A DNA stretch of 64,000 nucleotides from Podarcis erhardii (Eukaryota), in NCBI GenBank assembly GCA_964252035.1, contig OZ176204.1; one strand, given 5' to 3'. Below, piece by piece: positions 38,901-50,800 of the stretch (positions within the stretch are counted from its first letter, which is position 1; each line of letters opens with the position of its first letter). A program made the translations under genes and the position numbers. Under the pieces are notes generated by a model. That model had not been told where the DNA came from. It worked only from the letters and a program-made list of their open reading frames with translations, and searched no databases.

Positions 38901-41806
38901 TCTACCATTTCCCCCCCATTTGAGAACCTGAGCAGCCACTCACGTGAAGCTGGCTTCACTGCCTTCATGAGACAGGCAGGTCCCACCATTCTCACAGGGC
39001 CTGCTGGAGCAGCCATCCACAGAGAGTTCACAGTTTTGGCCCTGGAATAAGACAAGGAGAAGTAGCAGCCACACTACAAAAAACAAATTATAAAGCTCTG
39101 GCCAGGACGTGAGGTTTCTCAGTCTTAGGTCCTTGCTCATCAGCAATAAAAGAACAAAAAATAATAATAGGAGTTGCTGCCTATACATAATGCAGGCTGT
39201 CCTTTTTGGGATTGCTTGTTTTCGCCACCAGGATTTCCTTTATAGCTATTAGTCAAGAGCTGCCTTCCCAACCAAGCGTCCTCTGTAAGTTTTGAAGTTC
39301 AGTTTCCATCATGATCAGGGACAATGGGTGCTCTAGTGCAAAACATCTGGTGAACATTCAGATGAAACAGCGAGTTCCACATTCTCCACCCCACCCCCAT
39401 AAATAGTGGCAGCTCTAGGTCCAATCAGTAGGGACTGAGAGTGTATCTCGCCCATTCCTGATGGCAGTGATAAACTAGGCTGGTTGTCAAACTGGAGAAT
39501 GGGTTCCTTCCACCATGTCTTGGTCCTTCTCTGAGTCTTTTTCTTTTGGTCGACACAAGCTGTCAGAGGCTATGGTCCCCAAAGCAGGGAGAAAGCCCAA
39601 TCCTTCCCTTTGTCAATGATCCCTTCACCCTCCCTAGTCACCCCTCTCCTCCTCCCCATCCCTCTTCTCACCTTGTAGCCACTGGGGCAGATACAGCGGT
39701 AGGAGTCCAAAGGGTCTTGTTGACATGTGCCCCTGTTTTGACAAGGACTGGAGAGGCAGGGGTTACACTTGGCTTGGATGATGAGGGGAGGAGGCCCTGC
39801 ATAGATGAAAGAAACCAGACAACTAGGAATTGGGGTCAGAGCCAAAGAATCATTGAACGGGAGGGAGGATTTCCACACATCCTCCTGTGAAGACTGTCCC
39901 CCTTCTTGGCCAGAATCTTTTGCAAGGCACTTGCCAGAAACATAGAGGAGATCGCAAACGGATTAATGGTGGAGCTGAATATATATTAACAGATGGAGGA
40001 GTTCTGAAACGAGAGCCTGCCCACCCCACTCTGTGGCACAAAGCCAGGTTGTGCTTGTTTTTCTTTTTTAAATAGTAGGCCCTGTAGTTCAGTGCTGGGA
40101 CACATGCACTGCATGCAGAATTTCCTAGGTTCAATCCCTGGCTCCTCCAGTTTTTAAAAAGGGGGGCTGGGTGGCAACTGATGGGAAAGACCTTTGGACG
40201 ATGAACAAACAGTCGAACGTGGTTAAGTGAAGTGGCTTGATCATTCCAGCCCTACATGGAACACCTGCCCCTTCCTTTGCCAAATAGAGAGGCCAGGAAC
40301 AGGCTGGAAGATGCGAACAGTTGGAGTGCTCCTGGATTTGGCTTTAGTGACTTAGTTGGATGAGAAGGCTATGGAAGGAGGAGGCAACATAGCCTCCAGC
40401 CTGTGTCCTTCCTCCAGGTCTTCATTCAGAGTCTGACCACCAAGACACTCATCTTACCTTCTCAACACTATGGACCAAACATGATAGGAGTAGCACAGGT
40501 GTGGGCCAATGTGGTGAGACACAGAAGTTGCACAAGCCTTGCCACAGTTCCAATCACTAGCAAAAAGCCCTTCCTTTCATCTCCCCCTCCTTGCACATTA
40601 ACAACCCTCATGCTCCCTCACTATGTGCCTCATGCTCAACCAACAGGCCCAAGCCCTATAGTACTTGGAGTTACCCAAACTGTTCGCCTGACCTGCCTTG
40701 GAGCTAAGGTGCCTCAACCTTGGTCCCAGTTTGGTTGGGAAAGGGAAGAGGGCCAAAGAGCAAATGGGCAGGGTAGGGTGGACCAGAAAGAGCCATTGTT
40801 TGGACAAAGCTGGTCTACAAAATGAATAAAGTATAGAGTATCCTATGAAGTATTCACTTACCTAGGCACTCAAACTTCTTGGCAGGAGTGGTGAGCAGCA
40901 GTTTGCCCTCCATATCTGCAGGGCCAGCACAGCGGGCAATGCCAGGCTCCTTGTAGCCAGTTTTGACCCAGCCTGAGAGCCAGCGCATGTGGCAGTCACA
41001 GTGCAGTGGGTTGGCACCGATGGCTCTGTGAAGCAGGGAGAACCAGAATCTCTACATAACTCCTTAAGGTCTGGAGGGGGGGGGCTGTCATTCATTGCAT
41101 TTGATCTCTCTGGCTGCCTCTAGTGGCCCTGGAACTGATTAATAAGTAAGGTTTCTATTTTCAGACTCTGAAACTGCCCTCATAGAGCAACATAGCTGCA
41201 ATCTGAGGTAGTCTCTCTCTTTCTTCATAATGTTCTTAAAGGTATGATTCACACATGCTGGCTTGCAACTTGCTATCTCAGTTCCTGATGACATCACTCA
41301 ATAAGATGCAGCAAAATGTGCAAATTGCGGCCACCGAAATGCCGGGTTTTGGTACCACTCATCACTTCAGGGTGCGGGTGCTGAGTGATGAAGACACATA
41401 GAGGTAGTCCCTAGGGTTGCCGCCTTTCCTGGAGGTGCTGCTTATTAGCATATCTAAAATCTTTTCAGATGTATGTAAATTGAGAAACAATTTACTCTGA
41501 AGGCTGAAATTGCTCTGCAGGCTGAGGGTCCTGCTGGGGGAAAAACCCCCTAAACAAAAAACATACCCTAGTCTTCCCCCAAATGTACCTTTCCCCATCC
41601 TTCTCCTTAGATTCTAACCCAGGTAGAGTCTGTTGCAGTGCTTTATAGTTCTGAGCATTGGGGTGCTGGTCTACGCTGGTTTCTCCTGCATTATTCTGAA
41701 GTGCAGTAGAAGACAAGCGGCACAGCACAACTTCCTCCCCAACTTCCTTCCCCCACCCCACCCACAGTCAACTGGGTATTAAGAGCCACTACAGCCTGGT
41801 GTGGGT

Positions 41807-41849
<43 letters not shown>

Positions 41850-44800
41850 CATGCTAACTCCTTTGCCTTACTTAAGAGGTGCAAACTACAGGACTGCATG
41901 CTAACTCCTTTGCCTTACTTAAGAGGTGCAAACTACAGGACTGCAAGCTTAGTTGCTGCCTCCTGATAAAAGGTGCCAGGAGGAACTTCAGCAACATTGC
42001 AAGAAAGCAGAACCAGACCAGTTCCTGCTGCTGTTCAGCATACAGAGCACACTACGTCTGCCATCATGTCAGCCAAGGCAGCCATCACACCAAAATGAAA
42101 ATAGGCTTTACCCCTGCCTAGCATCATTCTCTGAACTGGTGGATAAACAATGGGAAACAAAGGATGCTTTCTAGCTTTTGCCTTCCAAGTACTGTCCCAC
42201 AGAGCATCAGGTAGTAGTGCCAAGCTGGGATTCTCATGCAAGAGGAAAGAATGGGTGTTCAAACTGATGCAAATACTCACAGGTGAGATAGGGAGATGAC
42301 GTCAGCAAATATCCCCTCAGGAAGTGTAGCAATATCATTTCCATGGAGGGACCTGTGCACAAAACACAAGTAGCATTCTCAGTGTCCTGGACCGTGAGAC
42401 CCACCTGTCTTACTTGTTTTGATGGACCCTTTAAGAAGGTTAGGGGAGCATGATCTGCCTAAAACCAGGGAAGTCAGGAATTGGGGTTTTTAGACTCCTC
42501 CCCCCTGTATCATCTGCATCATATGTCAAGCACTGGATTACGAACCCGCAGACTTATGATAGACTGCCTGCTCTATGCCCAGATGATGTGTGGCTGAGCC
42601 CTAACTGTCCAAGGAAACAAGGAAAGCAAAATGAATGTCCATATGACACATAACACACACAAACTAAGCAAGTGGAGGGTCCCTCAGCCCATTGTTCTCC
42701 CTCCACTACCAATTGCCTGGCTGCTCACTTCTTAAAGTAACAGTTTAAGGAACAGTTTAGGCCAAAGTCAGACTCCAGTGAGGGGATTCTCCTTGAACAG
42801 GGGCATAGGGGAATACATGAATACAAGGTACCTACAGCAGCCGTAGTGAACGGAGACCCTCAAAGGCCAGGGGAGGGATACACTGCAGGGCATTGTAGCT
42901 GAGGATCCTGAGGGATGGGGAAGAGAAGAAAGAGTTTGAATCATCACACATTCCTAAAAAAAAACCCCAGCCCACATACTGTCTGATATCCCTCCCCCAG
43001 CCCCATATTAGTTAAAGGAAGGAAAATTTCCTCCCTCCTGCTCTCTGTGCCCATCAAAAACACTTTTCCTGCAGGTGGGGTGGGGGGTCTCCCTAAAATT
43101 GGACTCAGATCCTAAGGTAAGCTATGAAAATTCACAGAAGGAAACCCTCCTGGCCTTTCCGCCCCCAGCAAACCACTGTGCCCAAACCCCCATTGTTCAG
43201 GAGACACACCCACCAAGCCTACCAACAGGCTTTTTGCAGGGCACAGTGGGGGGGGGGGGACAGGAAAATTTCCTTCTGTGAAGTTCCCTAAGTTAGCACA
43301 CCTTAGCAGCCAAGCCATTGTTTCTTTCAAGATTCTCTAATGGGCAACTCACATAAACTGGGGCACAGTGTGTTCTTGGGGTATGGTTGGATTCCACTCA
43401 ATGACGATGCTAACAACCCATGAAGTTCATACTCTCTCCAGATTCGTCAAATAGTTGGCACGAGTCTAAAATTGCAACTTTGATGGCAACACAGAAAATA
43501 ATAGGGTCTGCTGGTCAATGAAGGATTTTTACTTTCTACATTACTTCTATTCAACTCAGTTCAACTATTCAGTTCAACTTTTTTTTTTAATGGCTAGGTG
43601 TCTTTCAGTTAAATAGCAGTGACATTCTATTTACTGCTAAGATGATTTTAAATATATTATCAATCAACAATATGTGTCACCAGCCCCCTTTCAATTGGGA
43701 TGACTGAAATCCCACTAAAATCCTGTTATTTCAAGGCTCTGGCTGCCAGAAAACAATTTAATTGTATTTATTGACTGAGGCGTTCAGTCCTACATTTGTC
43801 TTTTAAATGAAAATAAGTTTCCAGCCCTTCTGGTTGACCCTTAAGCTTGGAACTCAGAAACCGAACACCACAGTCAATAGAACAGAAAGAAACCTCCTAA
43901 CCTAACGTTTATGATGATGTAGCAGCTTTAGGATTTATAAGCTAATATCAGAATGGGAACAGACGAGTACATGTGTATGGGTCACATGGATTTAAGCAAA
44001 TTCCAGATTATAAGTAGTTGTTGTCACAGAACACCTTGTAGACAAGAATGAACTGCAGGAGGCATGCATTCCTGTTTAGTTAGTTGGAACCAGCAACTGA
44101 CACCCCATCAATTGATGTTCTCTTTGGCCAGGCAGTAGACCCCAGGGATCAATGGCATTTCTACCCTGCTTTGCACAGTATAAGCCAGTATACTGTAACA
44201 TCAGTCATTTAAAAAGGCATTTCTCTCCCTGTAGAGGAGGCCTCTTTTTGCTGGAGGCAGTAGGACATCCTCCCTTTCTGATCTGCTGTTCAAATGCTGT
44301 ATTGGGCACTCACAGAGTGGTGAGCTGGCTCATATTGGTGAAGGATGAGTTGCTGAGAGAGCTGATCTTGTTGTTGCTCAGATCCCTGTAAGACAAAAGC
44401 ACTGTGCAAGCTCACATCACATTTAACTCTCTCTTCCTATAGAACAGACCCTCCAAGTGTCCCTATTTTCCAGGGAAGTCCCTGATTTAGAAAAGCCGTC
44501 CTGGTTTCTGATTTGATCCCAGAATGTCCTGCTTTTCTTTAGGATATCCCTATTGTCATTGGAGAAATGTTGGAGGGTATATGGAGTTATCCAACCCCCA
44601 GGCCACTGGAAGGCAATCCTGTACAGGGAAGATTATTTTTTAAAAAATAATGTTTTATTATGGTTTTATGTATGTTGGAAGCTGCCCAGAGTGCTGGGGC
44701 AACCCAATAAGATGTGTGGGGTAAAAATAGTAAAATAATCATTATGGAATGGGATGTCCCTATTTCCATTGGAGAAAATAGGGATGGAACAATTCTGTCC

Positions 44801-47800
44801 TTCCCAGATTTCTGCATTCAAACTCTACAGTCTTTTGCATATCTAAGGACACTCTCATGTGAACAGTGGCTTCACAGATTGAACATCCAGCAGATGCAGC
44901 GCTGGTGGCACCTTCAAATCTGCCTTCTCCTTTGGCAACAGCTCTGGGCTGATGACTGCATGTCCTCAGCTAATTCTTCTAATCTCTTCTCTGTCTGGTG
45001 CTGCTAGAAAGGAATCTTGATAAACTGTATCATGTAGGAAGAAGGAAATCTAGCAGTGCACATGCTCTGAAGGCCAGGGAAAATCACAAGATGACCTGCA
45101 GAGCATGGAGTGAATCTTGGAGTCAGTGTGCTTAAGACTTAGACTCAGCTGCATTTCAACAGCCAGCAAATAAAATAAACTGCAAAGGGTCCTTTGGAAT
45201 TCCTTAGGCAGACAGTAAACAAACATTTGAGATGAAAAGTCAGTGAGGTGGGGTCAATGGGGCAGGGGAAAAGGCTATCATTCAGAAAATTCCAGGAACC
45301 ACATATGAGAGAGATGCCAGAAGGGTAATCTACCTCTTTGGGAACTGAAATCAGTTCCTAAAGGACTCACAGTGCCTTAGCAGAAAAGCAAAGCTATTCT
45401 AATGTCCAGGGAAACCAAAGTAAATAGAGAGATGGATGAACTCCAAATCCAAAGTCAGATGGACTAGATGGCGTTTTTAGAATTATTTACTTCACCCAAT
45501 ATCCTGAGCTGAGTTAACTGCACCTTGCTCAAGAGAATCCAGCTTTTTTAGTTGTACGGCATTTGCATTTTAGCGACCCCATAACCAAGGCGGCTAAAAT
45601 CTAAAAACATTTAATGGTTAATTTTAATGCTTTATGCTTCTCACCTCCTCTTCAGCTGTACAAGCTAATATGTTAAGCATAATTTTATGTAATTCAGAAT
45701 GGGTCCTATGCTTCCTCTCAAATTCTCCCTTAGACAAAAAATATTTCTTATCCTCCATGCTAGCTTCTTTGACCATCCTCTTCTTGTTTTTCAGAAGCTT
45801 CTCTGTTTCCATATAGCTCTATGGTATGTGTGTGTTTTAACGAAAAGGCTTTTTTTTGCATTTTGATGGAAGAACCAGGTGGGAGATACAACATCTGGGT
45901 GCCACTCAGCCTTTCTGCACCTGCTTTATTCTCTTTGGTGCTCTCCTGGGAGCCTGAAAACAGAATGGCCACCTGATTCCACAAAGATCTCCTGTACCCC
46001 CAACCAGCCCCTCTGTACTGGTGAAAGGCTGATACCATGTGAGCCAAATCAGTTGATCAGCGTCCACTGAGGGATGAGTTGCACCACTCCCCACCTAGGC
46101 CTGGTCTAAAAATTTCCACAGACATGCTGCACAAATGTCTGAGAAAAGGCCACAGCCCACAGCCCATCTCCTGCCTCTCTGAAAAAAAGACTATGGCAAG
46201 CTCTCGGGGACCCACGCGAGGCCACTTCTTCTCAGATACTTACACCAGCTGTAGGTAACGGAAGGTGGAGAGCTGTCCAGGAACCAGGGTGAATTGGTTG
46301 CCATCCAAGTAGCTGCAAGGACAATGAAGGATGCATCAGAGGTCACAGCAGCAATACAGGAGAGGACTGTTAAACTTCCAACAATGGTGTTCAAAGGACT
46401 CTAAACCTAGAAGCTATAACTAGTGATAAGCACTGTCCCTGCTCCTCTGTTAATGGTGCCAGCTAAGGGAAAACCATCAGAGTTATCTTGTAAGTGCAAA
46501 TGCCTGTATTTCACGCCTGTATTTCTAACAGGGTGGCATACGTGCTCTCCTAAATCTGAAACTATGTTTGTCTCAGGCTGCCTTGCTTTCTTCCAGTTTT
46601 CCAGATGTTTGATTCTAGGGTATCAACATTGGATTCATTAACACTGCAGAGTAATATAACAGTACCACAGGCCCCTTCCACCTGCCACAGAACTCATTCC
46701 CCTAAATAAAAAATCCCTTCAGAGTTCAGTGGAATCCAGTTTTGAACCCACAGAGAATGTGGCATGCACTGGATCAGTGTTTAGCTTTTGAGGATGATCT
46801 GCTGAACAGTGCAAGGTATAAAGCTGCATGCCTCTCACTAGGCTGGTCCCAGCCCCTTCATCCACGGGTGCAACTTGCCAGTGCCCACATTGCCCCTTCT
46901 TCCCGGATGCAGCGTCAGCAGAAGGGCCCAGGCAGCATTACTCACAGCTCTGTGACGTTCTTGGGGATCCCTTTGGGGAGGGATTTCAGGTGCTTGTTGC
47001 TGCAGCGAACAACAGTGTCTAGGCAAGTGCACTCCTGGGGACACTGAGGGCGTGGGAAGCAGCTTGTCTCCTCCTGACCTGCCAAGGCACAAGCCAAAGG
47101 GTTCAAAGTGGAAAGAGACGGCATGGTGATGGAATAGGAGATCTTGAAAGCAGACATTATCCTATGTTTCTCCAGGGAAATCTAGATTTCAGTCTGCCCT
47201 TATATCGCCATTATAAAGTGTCCCACTTTATCAAAGGGCCAAAGGCATCAGCAGCAATTAGAACTGAGAATATTAATCAACTGGTGTGATTAATTCATTG
47301 CAAATAAAACACCGCTCTTAATTGGAAAGAGTGTGAAAGGTCCCTTTGACATCTATGTCCTCCTATTGATTTACACAAGGGTTTCAATTCTCAGAAGCAC
47401 ATGGGAAAAGCTATGGAGCTGTTAATTCCCCCCCCCCCGAACAGCAGCCACCCCTCCACACCCTGCATAGATGCACCATATCAGAAGCTGCTGTTTGGAC
47501 CAGGGCCAGTGGCTTAAGATGATTTGCTAGACAGTTAATGATTTACCTATTTAGTAAAGTGACGCTGTGTTAAACATCTCCAAAAATATTTCCTGCATTA
47601 AGATACTGTACTTATTTATACTGAGTGGTTAAATAGCTGATTAAATTGCCTTGCTTTTAACCAATTAATTGACTTTGGGGGGGGGGACCTTGAGACCACT
47701 CCTAACCACGGCGGCACAGCCCCTTACGTAAGTGTGGACCTGCTGCATGCCTGACAAGATTTGTGCTATGTTTCAGTTTATGTCTATAATAATAATAATA

Positions 47801-50800
47801 ATTTATTATTTATACCCCGCCCATCTGGCTGAGTTTCCCCAGCCACTCTGGGCGGCTCCCAATCAGTATTAAAAACAATACAGCATTACATATTAAAAAC
47901 ATCCCTGAACAGGGCTGTCTTAAGATGTCTTCTGAACGTCAGGTAATTCTTTATCTCTTTGACATCTGATGGGAGGGCGTTCCACAGGGCGGGCGCCACT
48001 ACCGAGAAGGCCCTCTGTCTGGTTCCCTGTAGCCTCACTTCTCGCAATGAGGGAACCGCCAGAAGGCCCTCGGCGCTGGATCTCAGTGTCCGGGCTGAAC
48101 GATGGGGGTGGAGACGCTTCTTCAGGTATACAGGACCGAGGCCGTTTAGGGCTTTAAAGGTCAGCACCAACACTTTGAATCGTGCTCGGAAACGTACTGG
48201 GAGCCAATGCAGATCTCTCAGAACCGGTGTTATGTGGTCCCGGCGGCCACTCCCAGTCACCATGGGCACTGGTCAAGCTCAGCAGCAATTACATTGACAT
48301 GCCTAGCAGTTTTTGTATTGCCTGGTGCCTTCAAACTAGACATGGATGACCACTGCCTACAATCAAGGTGGGGTAGCAGACACCATGTAGACAGCGCACC
48401 TGGTCCTTCAGGGGCACAGTTACCCCATTCAGGACCAGGGAATCCTCCACACCTGCCCGCCTCCTGACCCCCAAAAGCAGTACTTCTGTCTTGTCAGGAT
48501 TCAACCTCAATCTGTTAGCCGCCATCCAACCTCCAACCGCCTCCAGGCACTCACACAGGACCTTCACCGCCTTCACTGGTTCTGATTTAAAGGAGAGGTA
48601 GAGCTGGGTGTCATCTGCATACTGATGAACACCCAGTCCAAACCCCCTGATGATCTCTCCCAGCGGCTTCATATAGATATTAAAAAGCATGGGGGAGAGG
48701 ACAGAACCCTGAGGCACCCCACAAGTGAGAGCCCAGGGGTCTGAATACTCACCCCCCACCACCTTCTGGACACGGCCCAGGAGGAAGGAGCGGAACCACT
48801 GTATAACAGTGCCCCCAGCTCCCAGCCCCTCTAGACGGTCCAGAAGGATGTTATGGTTGATGGTGTCAAAGGCCGCTGAGAGATCCAGCAGAACCAGGAA
48901 ACAGCTCTCACCTTTGTCCCTAGCCCGCCGGAGATCATCAACCAGCGCGACCAAGGCAGTTTCAGTCCCATGGTGAGGCCTGAATCCCGATTGGAAGGGA
49001 TCCAAATGGTCCGTTTCCTCCAGGCGTGCTTGGAGTTGTTCAGCAACCACCCGCTCAATCACCTTGCCCAAGAATGGCAGATTTGAGACTGGGCGATAGT
49101 TGGCCAAATTGGCCGGGTCTAAAGATGTTTTTTTAAGAAGCGGTTTAATGACCGCCTCTTTCAGCGGGTCTGAAATTCACAGAGGGAAGCATTCACCACC
49201 CCGCAGATCCCATCGCCCAGCCCTTCCCGGCTCGCTTTTATCAGCCAGGATGGGCAAGGATCAAAGAGACAGGTGGTCGGTTTCACTCGTCCAAGCAGCC
49301 TGTCCACATCCTCGGAGGTAACAGATTGGAATTGATCCCATGTAACAGGACCAGACAGAACTCTAGCACTCTCCCGCCCTGGCCCTGCTCCCACGGTGGA
49401 GTCTACCTCCTTCTGAATCTGAGCGATTTTATCTGCAAAAAACTTTGCAAAAGCATTGCAGGAGATCTTGGGGTCCCTACCAGGCCCCGGTGGTACAGGT
49501 GGTTCTGATAGATTGCGAACCACCTGAAAAAGTCTCCTGCTGCTGTTTTCTGCAGATGCAATGGAGGCGGTGAAGAAGGCCCTCTTCGCCGTCGCCATTG
49601 CCACTTGGTAGGCTCGACGTTGAGCTCTAACCCGTGTCCGGTCTGATTCAGAATGAGTTTTCCACCACCGGCGCTCTAGCCGTCTCAACGATTGTTTCAT
49701 CACCCTCAGCTCCGGGGAAAACCACGGGGCTGTCCGGGCTCCATGCAATCGGAGAGGGCGCTTCGGAGCCAGACAGTCAATAGCCCTGGTTAACTCCGCA
49801 TTCCAGCGGGCCACCAGGGAATCAGCTGAAAGGCCATCAACTTGGGATAAAGCATCCCCTACCACTCTCTGGAAGCCAATTGGATCCATTAAGTGGCGGG
49901 GGCGGACCATCCGAATCGGTCCCACCTCCCTGCGGAGGGGAAGGGTTGCGGAGAAGTCCGGTTGCACCAGGAAGTGATCTGACCATGGCACTTCTTTTGT
50001 TTCGCTTTTAGTTAATGTCAGATCACCAGCATCCGTAGAGGTAAACACCAAGTCTAAGGCATGTCCGTGGCTATGAGTTGGGCCAGACTTATTCAGGGAC
50101 AGCCCCATGGAGGCCATGCTTTCCACGAAGTCCCGAGCGGCCCCTTGTAAGGTCGTGTCGGCATGGATGTTAAAATCCCCCAGGACAACCAAGCTAGGTG
50201 TCTCCAGGAGCATATCCGCCATGACCTGAAGCAGCTCGGGCAGGGAATCCTTGGTGCAGCGGGGAGGTCGGTACACCAATAGGAATCCTGTACTGCCCCT
50301 ATTGCCCAACTTCCAGAACATGCACTCAGAAAACTGGGTCTTCCCAATAGGACGCCTGGTGCAGACTAATGACTTCCTAAAAATCACTGCAACCCCCCCT
50401 CCCCGCCCACATGACCTGGGTTGCTGTGCGTAAGAGAAACCTGGTGGGCAAGCAGCGGCAAGGACAGGCCCATCTGCTTCATCCAACCAAGTCTCTGTTA
50501 CACATGCCAGATCAAATCCTCCATCCATGATCAAGTCATGGATGGCAGTGGTCATCCATGTCTAGTTTGAAGGCACCAGGCAATACAAAAACTGCTAGGC
50601 ATGTCAATGTAATTGCTGCTGAGCTTGACCAGTGCCCATGCTGGGACAACAAAAAAGGCCATCCCAACTGAGGAAACAGTATGAGAAGAAGAAGACTGCA
50701 AGACATACATGCATGCATACATAAACACACACACGCACCCTAAATCTCCCACAACTTTTCAGAATGGGGCGACCACATCATTTCATTAGTGGCTGCAGTC

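Larger units (their letters stand above)
47787..50553 (-). mobile_element. Young 5'-truncated L2-clade (CR1/L2 superfamily) LINE in SLIT1 intron 20, same orientation as SLIT1
   Basis: APE endonuclease motifs (ETW, YRPP, GDFNIH, LDLVF, SDH), RT motifs ([23 protein letters not shown]) and the L2-type C-terminus [17 protein letters not shown]. 3' UTR ends in an (ATT)n tail. Candidate 7-bp TSD ATGTCTA at 47780-47786 and 50558-50564. Confidence 0.93.

Noticed and set aside
50552-50640. LRR-like KLSSNYI, and the idea that the 97-bp patch came from a spliced RNA because it starts right after an AG
   Set aside because: The LRR spacing is off after the Asn. The patch is not joined to any upstream exon sequence and the second piece is intronic, so DNA template switching explains it better.
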